Both the position numbers and the translations under genes were made by a program. A stretch of 64,000 nt of DNA from an uncultured virus (IMG/VR IMGVR_UViG_3300030106_005234). Taxonomy: Duplodnaviria; Heunggongvirae; Uroviricota; Caudoviricetes. Each line of letters starts with the position of its first letter. Within the stretch, counting starts at the first letter, position 1. The notes beneath the pieces were generated by a model that searched no databases, had not been told where the DNA came from, and worked only from the letters and a program-made list of their open reading frames with translations. The stretch is from IMG/VR virus record IMGVR_UViG_3300030106_005234. The stretch is one strand, 5' to 3'. This document shows, one piece after another, positions 7,475 to 14,223 of this stretch.

Positions 7475-10330
7475 TTAAACAGTAAGGGATAAGACGCCAG
7501 ACCGATCGTAATCAAAAGGGATCCCGGCGTTCATGAGCGCGACCTCTCTTTCATCGTTTTCATCAAAACCAATCTGACGACTTATTCGAGGGTCTTCAAC
7601 TTCACCACCCTGCGCGAAGTTTGTGCCCTCAGTTCTGTTGAGGTACTGCGCTAAATTTTCAATGAGTTCATCAGTGACTGGCTCAACCATCGGTTCCATC
7701 GCCAGGGATCCAAGCTGTTGTTGTCGAGTGAGCGGCTTTCCTGCGACGTTAGTTTTTTCTGCCATACGCGCAAAATTTTGCGGGAACATAATTTCTGGTG
7801 GAACGCCTCTGCCTGGCAGCCCTCCTAGATAGTCTCCCGGTATCACTGTGTCATAACTCAAATGATAGGGATCCTGAAACGTCGGCTTCGATGGGACGCC
7901 CTCAAATATACTGTATCCAGTTTCCGCGGGATTCAGAGTTCCTTTTGGTCCTCTGGGTATTCTGAGCGCCGGGTCTGTAACAACTTCTACGACATCTTCA
8001 TACACCGGGAAGCCGAGATTTTGCCATCTTGGCTTTTTCATTTCTTCAACGACAGCTTTACGAATGTTGCCAGAGCTAACACTGCTCGCCATCTCGCCCG
8101 TGAGCTGTGATACCAAGTCAGGACTATTCAGCCCGACAAAATCTTTGATACCCGGATTGGCTGGTGTACCTTTCTTCACGGCACTGTTAAACGCTGCAAT
8201 CTGTTTTTTGGGAATTTTCAGGTAGTCGAGCTGACCCACCATCGACAACACTACCGGCGTCGAGAAGTTGATACCCTCACGGCCCATTGCTGTGTAGACG
8301 CCTAACGGCGCCATACCAGTTTCATCCATAGCTTGGATAATGTTCATTTGTTTTTGATTCGCTGCACCTTGCATCGATGCCCAGCCTTTGCCTTTGCCAG
8401 ACATGTATAAGGGATATCCGGGGCCGCCTTGTACAGCAACAGGAAAACTTAAAGGCACACCCCGAATATCCGTTAACGCTCCAATACCCGATCGATCACC
8501 CGCGACAGGAACAAGGCTATAACCATACAGGTCGTTCGGATCTAAAATTGTACGTTCAGCAGATACAAGATCTTGTATCTCACCCGCAGCCCTGGCTTCT
8601 TCTCGACGCCTGAAAGCCGGCTTCGACAAATTTTCTGTGTATCTTTTTGCCCTAGAACGATTGAGTGACTCTGTGACAGGCTTCGACGTGTCGGGATCGA
8701 TCGTTCCCACTGGCGCTTGGTTCGCTTTGAAATTTTCTACCAGCTCATCTTTGCTTCTTGTTTTCGGCGGTTCAGGCGGACCATCGATAGAAAACACCGG
8801 CCTCACATTGTCTGGATCGAAAATATTCGTTTCGACAAGTTTACCTTCCTCAAAACGCCTCACGCCATCATAGCCTTGAGCTTTGAGATCAGATACGTCT
8901 ATCTTCGTGCGCGGGTCATAATCAATATCGAGGTAGTTCAAGTCTCTCTTGATATACACCGGCATGATGTTGGCGCCAGCTGTGCGGTTGGGTTTCACGC
9001 TCGATACGATTGCGCGGTTACCCGCCATCTCTGGATCCGGGGTGGAATACACACCTTCTCCCAAGTTCCCGGTTTTAGATGGCTTGAACCGGCTGAAGGT
9101 ATCAGACGTGCCGTGGTACATGATCTCATTTGTTTCAAAACCGGCCCTGTTAGCATCGACCACTGGGTCCAACGCTTCAATGCCGCGCTTGATAGCTTTG
9201 CCTCCTATACTGGCGCCTTTAAAAAGCGTCCCGAGTGTCGGCCCCAGAAAAGTACCCGCCACAGGCACCGCATACATGGTGTCGCCCAGAGCGCCCAGCC
9301 CCTGCATCGATGCATCAAAGTATTCTCCACCCTCAATATTCTCAGCCAAGCTCGGCATTTTTTCGCCCGAAAAGGCATCGATTAGATCCACATCTCCCGC
9401 TGGCATTGCCGGCATTTCACCGCTTGCGTCTATGTAACCCGCGCCCGGCGCAAACATAGAGCCGAAGTAAGCAAGTTGCGCCAGCGACGGCGTGGGAAGA
9501 GGACTGGTAGCGCGAGAACCCCTGACGCGGCGAGGTTCAGGCTCAAAAATATCAACGTCACCACCCTCAAAGAAATCTCTAGGCGGCGGGGTGTGGGTGT
9601 ATTCGCCAACCTGAACCGGCACGGACTTCGTGGTGCCGTCGATATCAGTCACCTCACGCATTTCTAATATTTTAACTTTCGTGCCAGCCGGAACAACTTT
9701 TGGGCTTACGTTGGGGTTAATCTCTACCGTTTCATAATTTTCTCTATGAATCCTGCCCGGTTGATCTTTGAAACTAAAATATTCATCACCTTTTTTATGC
9801 GGAATTATTTGCAATCGCGTTTGCCCGGTAGAGCGTTGCAATTCAGTTTCTTTCGGCAAGACATAAGTCAAATTTGAGCCTTCTTCCTTGGCAGCTAAAT
9901 ATCTTCTAGCCACATCACGCCACTGCTCTTCCTCTGAAAGATTAGGGTTACGATTGAACCCGGCCACCTCTTGACCTGTATAGCCACTGCCCGGTTGGTA
10001 CGCTCTTCCCAAATACAGATTTTCTTCCTTGAAAGGAATCTTTTTGACGGCCCTGCTACCGTATTTTTTTGCTATATCACCAATAACAGGAATCAACCCA
10101 ACTGCCGCGAGTGCGGTAAGAATCGCCGGGGCCGCAGCCTCACCATACCGTCCTTCAATCAGGTTGCGAACTGCGTCTCTACCGTATTTTGCAGCCGTTG
10201 CCACGTCAGCAGCCAAACCTGCCGGAGTAAATCCGGCTGCTATCTGTGCAGTGATGGGCAATTCTTCGTATGCCTCAACGCCCTTGTCCAGCATATCAGG
10301 CTCGAAGATATCGATGTTCTCGGTCGTCAT
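7475..10330 (-). CDS. Polyvalent-type protein with ADP-ribosyltransferase-like domain (probable internal virion protein)
   Basis: MYHGT...GEGVYST...IMPVYI...GYDGV...IFDPDNVR pattern typical of phage polyvalent-protein ART domains; shares a second domain with 60681..64000. Confidence 0.7.
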   Translation of the reverse strand: MTTENIDIFEPDMLDKGVEAYEELPITAQIAAGFTPAGLAADVATAAKYGRDAVRNLIEGRYGEAAAPAILTALAAVGLIPVIGDIAKKYGSRAVKKIPFKEENLYLGRAYQPGSGYTGQEVAGFNRNPNLSEEEQWRDVARRYLAAKEEGSNLTYVLPKETELQRSTGQTRLQIIPHKKGDEYFSFKDQPGRIHRENYETVEINPNVSPKVVPAGTKVKILEMREVTDIDGTTKSVPVQVGEYTHTPPPRDFFEGGDVDIFEPEPRRVRGSRATSPLPTPSLAQLAYFGSMFAPGAGYIDASGEMPAMPAGDVDLIDAFSGEKMPSLAENIEGGEYFDASMQGLGALGDTMYAVPVAGTFLGPTLGTLFKGASIGGKAIKRGIEALDPVVDANRAGFETNEIMYHGTSDTFSRFKPSKTGNLGEGVYSTPDPEMAGNRAIVSSVKPNRTAGANIMPVYIKRDLNYLDIDYDPRTKIDVSDLKAQGYDGVRRFEEGKLVETNIFDPDNVRPVFSIDGPPEPPKTRSKDELVENFKANQAPVGTIDPDTSKPVTESLNRSRAKRYTENLSKPAFRRREEARAAGEIQDLVSAERTILDPNDLYGYSLVPVAGDRSGIGALTDIRGVPLSFPVAVQGGPGYPLYMSGKGKGWASMQGAANQKQMNIIQAMDETGMAPLGVYTAMGREGINFSTPVVLSMVGQLDYLKIPKKQIAAFNSAVKKGTPANPGIKDFVGLNSPDLVSQLTGEMASSVSSGNIRKAVVEEMKKPRWQNLGFPVYEDVVEVVTDPALRIPRGPKGTLNPAETGYSIFEGVPSKPTFQDPYHLSYDTVIPGDYLGGLPGRGVPPEIMFPQNFARMAEKTNVAGKPLTRQQQLGSLAMEPMVEPVTDELIENLAQYLNRTEGTNFAQGGEVEDPRISRQIGFDENDEREVALMNAGIPFDYDRSGVLSLTV

Positions 10331-10455
10331 GCCAGGATCTTAGCAAAAATAAATTTCCTTGGACAAAAAAGATGTGTGCAAAAGTTTGCACATTTATGCA
10401 AATGCAGCGTATTATTTGTTTGTGGCAATCAAGCTACATCAAACCGGAGATTAAC

Positions 10456-10650
10456 ATGGACAATTATTTAGCTGTTGGGATTGCGGAGGGTTTTGAAGAA
10501 GCCGAAAGCGAAGAGCAAGTTATCGATGCGTGGCAACATTTGGTCGATACGGGCCTCGCATGGACGTTGCAGGGCCACTTTGGAAGAATGGCCGCCCAGC
10601 TCATTGAAGAAGGGATTATTCTCCCCCCACATCAATCGTTGGAAGATTAA
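10456..10650 (+). CDS. Hypothetical phage protein
   Basis: AACCGGAGA RBS; MDNYLAVGIAEGFEEA...AWQHLVDTGLAWTLQGHFGR. Confidence 0.75.
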   Translation: MDNYLAVGIAEGFEEAESEEQVIDAWQHLVDTGLAWTLQGHFGRMAAQLIEEGIILPPHQSLED

Positions 10651-10651
10651 T

Positions 10652-10975
10652 ATGAGTATCAAGATAGCTGCAACAAAGGTCGGAAATCGTATGTTCATAG
10701 ACCATGACGTACCAATTCCCGCATCATCAGGCAGAAGCTTTATCAGCGACAGCACTCGTAAATTTCGCGGTTTCTGCGATCAAAGAAGCGACAGCACTCG
10801 GGAATTTTTTGAAGCGCTGCAAATTATGGCGGTCGGAGACAGCGTAAAATTTTTGTCATCTGATGAAATAAAAGGTGAGCAGTTCAGAGTGATTGCGAAG
10901 AGACATTTCGGCTATAAAATGACTCGCAGAAAGTCATCCGACAAAAAGACAATTCGGTATTGGAGAATAGAGTGA
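10652..10975 (+). CDS. Hypothetical protein, possibly DNA-binding
   Basis: IDHDVPIP...MAVGDSVKF...IRYWRIE; similar to 58421..58696. Confidence 0.7.
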   Translation: MSIKIAATKVGNRMFIDHDVPIPASSGRSFISDSTRKFRGFCDQRSDSTREFFEALQIMAVGDSVKFLSSDEIKGEQFRVIAKRHFGYKMTRRKSSDKKTIRYWRIE

Positions 10976-11006
10976 TATGGATCAACTATCTTCGGTCGTC
11001 ATGCCA

Positions 11007-11300
11007 TCACCAGTTTTTACATGACCAATAGGACGCTTTAAACACGTCTTTCTTCTTCTCTACCGCGTCGCAATTGTGTCTGGCACGAAAGTTGCGCCGA
11101 CGACCTGGATTGTCACGCCGAATCTCCATTTTCGGATCTCCAAAACGTACAATCCTTACCTGATCACCCTTTTTTGCCAATACAGCGAATTTTTTATTCT
11201 TTCCTGGCGTCCTTTTCTGCTTGTTGTAACCAGGGAAGGACTCGCCCCGATAGATCAGTCTTCCCGATTCCGTTCTTCTCACATCAGACGTGTCAGCCAT
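11007..11300 (-). CDS. Conserved basic phage protein
   Basis: 97-aa K/R-rich ORF (VRFGDP, FRARHNC, YWSC) coupled to the upstream gene. Confidence 0.75.
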   Translation of the reverse strand: MADTSDVRRTESGRLIYRGESFPGYNKQKRTPGKNKKFAVLAKKGDQVRIVRFGDPKMEIRRDNPGRRRNFRARHNCDAVEKKKDVFKASYWSCKNW

Positions 11301-11715
11301 TCCTTTCCATCCTCTCGTAGTGACGCCAGTTACGGTCCATCACCGTAAACCAGTCCTTCATGGTCATTACGCACACTAAATCGTTTGACGCAGGCCACTC
11401 AGTATTCACGGCGTGCATCGGCAAACAGACCTGTGTCGGCTTCCTGTTGTATTTATATATCAAAACCGGGATCTTGTCTCCCGCGGCCTCACGCACCTGT
11501 GCAAGCCACTCAGGCTTATAGGTCCAGCCATTGGCATAATGCTTACACTCCACGGCATGATAGGGAATATCGATGTCCGCGAGGTCTTTTTGCTGATATT
11601 GGTCTAAATTTCGTTTGCAATTAAAATTTATGCCCTGGGACTCAAGCCACTCATTTATTTGCGCGACCACAGATCTCTCGAATGTGGCGCCTTTCCTCCT
11701 AGAATCCGCGCCCAT
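11293..11715 (-). CDS. Holliday junction resolvase-like PD-(D/E)XK nuclease
   Basis: SRRKGATFER N-terminus, ADI...AVECK catalytic motif, PVLIYK; start taken at MGADS. Confidence 0.8.
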   Translation of the reverse strand: MGADSRRKGATFERSVVAQINEWLESQGINFNCKRNLDQYQQKDLADIDIPYHAVECKHYANGWTYKPEWLAQVREAAGDKIPVLIYKYNRKPTQVCLPMHAVNTEWPASNDLVCVMTMKDWFTVMDRNWRHYERMERNG

Positions 11716-11730
11716 AGGGTCCCTTGCGAA

Positions 11731-11759
11731 TTGATATAGCCATATCGCCAGTATACCAT
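11731..11759 (+). promoter_or_regulatory. Sigma70-like promoter of the candidate sRNA
   Basis: TTGATA-17 nt-TACCAT. Confidence 0.6.
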
Positions 11760-11765
11760 TAGATC

Positions 11766-11904
11766 GCTTGCACGCCGCAATCAACAGATTGCTGGAAAGC
11801 AGGCCCTGATGCCCTCTATTGCAACCACAGCGTCCTATGGGCAGCAGGCGGCCGCCCTCACTTCCCTCTCTCCGGTTGAACTGAATGGTGGGGGCGGCCT
11901 TTTT
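11766..11904 (+). ncRNA. Candidate structured small RNA (~140 nt) with anti-RBS loop
   Basis: Bounded by the promoter and a 12-bp GC stem (11850-11861/11888-11899) followed by TTTTT. Further hairpins GCAATC/GATTGC and TGCCC/GGGCA. Loop contains TCTCCGGTT. Confidence 0.55.
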
Positions 11905-12015
11905 CCATGTATTTTTTTGAGTTTTGACTGTACCAAACTCAGCTATAGCAACTCGCGTCGCGCCGATCTGCACCAGGGGGGTGCAGGGGTCCTAATATGC
12001 CCAAATCTCCTTAAA

Positions 12016-12137
12016 AATCAAGCACTTAGGGGTCCCAGCAGACCTGAAACGTATTCCCTCTGCTCACTGCACGCACATTCTTGCACAGTTTTGCACATGC
12101 TTGCACATCCCAAAAGTCCTTTAATATCAATGACTTA
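12016..12137 (+). promoter_or_regulatory. Two IHF-consensus sites flanking phased TTGCACA repeats (candidate packaging/terminus region)
   Basis: AATCAAGCACTTA (12016-12028) and TATCAATGACTTA (12125-12137) match WATCAANNNNTTR; TTGCACA at 12081, 12091, 12101; lies next to terS. Confidence 0.5.
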
Positions 12138-12205
12138 GGGGATTCGATCGATTTTCCGGGATTTTAGGGCGTAAACGGGGCGCGGGCCGGGACGTAGTTT
12201 TTTTT

Positions 12206-12718
12206 CTAATGGTCAGATAGATCTGGGTCGATGTTTTCTGCGCCCAGGAGCTTGGCTAGCCGGTCCTTGATATCGTCGCTCGACATTGAGTCAATGTTCG
12301 CGTTGATGTTGAGGTTCTGAGACCTGCTGATGTTAAGGCCGGCCAGCTGGTTCAGTTCTTTGATGGCAGAAACCGCGGCGTTGTGATGTCCATCCTCGAA
12401 TGCCACCTCCGCAATCTTCCACAACATCGTGCCAGTCTTCTGTGGAGTGATCGCGTATTTTTCTCTCAGCTCTTCCTGCTTGAGTCGAACCGCTTTAGTC
12501 ACCTTCGGGTAAGCTTTGCCGTTGAGCATCTTGTTCGCGGCTGATGATGGAAACTCGAACCCAGCCCGTCGAGCTGCTTCAGTCTGACTGCAAGCACCTT
12601 CGGTGTAATGCCACACGAATGCATTCTGCATCGCAGTAATGCCTAATTCTTCATCCTTATCAAACTGACTAGGTACTGAGACTAACTGCGGCTTCTCTTT
12701 TTTTGGTCGTCCTGCCAT
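12206..12718 (-). CDS. terS: Terminase small subunit
   Basis: TAMQNAFVWHY...SQTEAARRAGF...SAANKML HTH-like N-terminus; AVSAIKELNQLAGL C-terminal motif. Confidence 0.8.
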   Translation of the reverse strand: MAGRPKKEKPQLVSVPSQFDKDEELGITAMQNAFVWHYTEGACSQTEAARRAGFEFPSSAANKMLNGKAYPKVTKAVRLKQEELREKYAITPQKTGTMLWKIAEVAFEDGHHNAAVSAIKELNQLAGLNISRSQNLNINANIDSMSSDDIKDRLAKLLGAENIDPDLSDH

Positions 12719-12870
12719 TCGCCCTTCACGTAATTCCTGAACACCATCCACGCTTCTTCGCGCTCGTATGGCCGTAGATTGTAATTGTTGCGCTCATCGC
12801 TGTTAAGCAAAAACCATCGCTCGAAGTTGGATTCAAAACTCTGGCTGTCATTGTATTGAAACTCAACCAT
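12682..12870 (-). CDS. Hypothetical protein
   Basis: 62-aa ORF with GGAG RBS, upstream of terS. Confidence 0.6.
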   Translation of the reverse strand: MVEFQYNDSQSFESNFERWFLLNSDERNNYNLRPYEREEAWMVFRNYVKGEWQDDQKKRSRS

Positions 12871-13182
12871 CCTGTGTCTCCATGCTTGCTAGGTAGTGTA
12901 GGGTACATATAACCGCGTTAGTACCTGTTTGCACCGTGCATAAATGCTTTTACCCCTATTTATGCGCTTATAAAATATATATATATATAGTGTACCTAAC
13001 ACTACCTATAGGACTAACACCAGTAAAAATGGGGCTTTCAGCACAGGGTACAGTCCAGTGCATAGTGTGTCTTTTCACCCTTCCCGATCGACCTTAAATT
13101 TGCGAGTCCAGTTATGAAAGACAATACAGCGACCCGCGGCCACCATCGGCAGGGTCGCATTCCCTGCCCCCGCACCTGATTA

Positions 13183-13422
13183 TCAAGCGTCATTTTCGCC
13201 CCAAATCTCTTGCAGCTCTGCCAGCCACCAGTCGAGATCTCCAGATTTTTGTTCCTCGAACGCCTGCGCAAACAGCTCTGGTCTGCCAATCTTTGCGGAC
13301 GCTTTTTGGATTGCCTTCGCGCTGACATGGCCCCGGCGCCAGGCACCAGGATCGTCGGAATACTCATACGTCCAATCGTGATGGCGCAGCATCTCAATCA
13401 GTTTTTCCAGGTCACCGCTCAT
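13183..13422 (-). CDS. Hypothetical protein
   Basis: HDWTYEYSDD motif; homologue at 60156..60371. Confidence 0.8.
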   Translation of the reverse strand: MSGDLEKLIEMLRHHDWTYEYSDDPGAWRRGHVSAKAIQKASAKIGRPELFAQAFEEQKSGDLDWWLAELQEIWGENDA

Positions 13423-13772
13423 GCTCCATCCTTGATTGTGTTCAGCTTCATCGTAATGGTGTTGTAGATATCCTTTCCGCCGTGCTTGTCGGGATGCATA
13501 TGATTGACCATCAGCCGCACCTCTTCCTTGGTGAACCCGGAGTAAGTGACGGCAGCTCGTTTTCCTTTTCGCCTGAGATACTGGTTGGTTTCAAGCAGCG
13601 CGTTGTATCGCGCCTGGCAGTTCTTATTCTCGTTTTCCAGCTTCTGGATCTCTTCGAGCATCCCTTCGATTACTGATTTTTCTATAACCAGTGAATCTGG
13701 TTCAGCCCGACTAGCCAGGCCAGTCATTTCATTAAGAAGGCCATTACTGTTGTCAATATCCTCACCGCTCAT
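13419..13772 (-). CDS. Coiled-coil hypothetical protein with HPDKHGG motif
   Basis: AGGAGG RBS; ATGA overlaps with neighbours. Confidence 0.65.
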   Translation of the reverse strand: MSGEDIDNSNGLLNEMTGLASRAEPDSLVIEKSVIEGMLEEIQKLENENKNCQARYNALLETNQYLRRKGKRAAVTYSGFTKEEVRLMVNHMHPDKHGGKDIYNTITMKLNTIKDGA

Positions 13773-14101
13773 CGAGCAACCTCCTGGCTACCAGATTGTC
13801 CATCTTTGAAATTCAGTTCGTATTTCTGCATCCAATTTGCAATCTCTTCAAAAGTTTTGACACCCACATTAGTGGTGCAACGCAGCTCGCGAGTAGTAAC
13901 TTCTTCTATGTCGCAGACCATAAAAACCTTGCATCGTCTAAGTCCGCGCCTTGCTCTAGTCGATAACTCATACAAAGCAGGATGCACGTCTGGCCTGCTT
14001 TTAAGATTTCCGGCGTTGGGGAGTTCAGCCGTAATAAAATCGATGCGCTCACCGTTGGTTTTCACTGAGCTTGCGAAGCGCTCTAACTGTTCATCTTTCA
14101 T
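13769..14101 (-). CDS. RNA polymerase alpha-CTD-like domain protein
   Basis: ELSTRARRGLRR...ELRCTTNVGVKTFEEI resembles alpha-CTD (ELTVRSANCLK...ELLKTPNLGKKSLTEI). Confidence 0.7.
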   Translation of the reverse strand: MKDEQLERFASSVKTNGERIDFITAELPNAGNLKSRPDVHPALYELSTRARRGLRRCKVFMVCDIEEVTTRELRCTTNVGVKTFEEIANWMQKYELNFKDGQSGSQEVAR

Positions 14102-14222
14102 CGAGCAACCTCCTGGCCAACTGTCCCGCGCTAAACCAAATGACTACAGGTATAAGCGCGATCGCGGCAGCCACGTAGCTGATGCCTAGCAACAGATAGC
14201 CCAGGACTACGCGAAACGTCAT
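14091..14222 (-). CDS. Small membrane protein
   Basis: Hydrophobic MTFRVVLGYLLLGISYVAAAIALIPVVIWF; follows the primase-helicase stop. Confidence 0.45.
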   Translation of the reverse strand: MTFRVVLGYLLLGISYVAAAIALIPVVIWFSAGQLARRLLDER

Positions 14223-14223
14223 G

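Noticed and set aside
10745..10800. 14-bp direct repeat AGCGACAGCACTCG, 42 bp apart
   Set aside because: An in-frame micro-duplication inside a CDS with no sign of separate function.
11716..11973. N-terminal extension of the resolvase ORF, and ORF 11809..12138
   Set aside because: The family-like sequence begins at MGADS; the region looks like promoter, structured RNA and binding sites.
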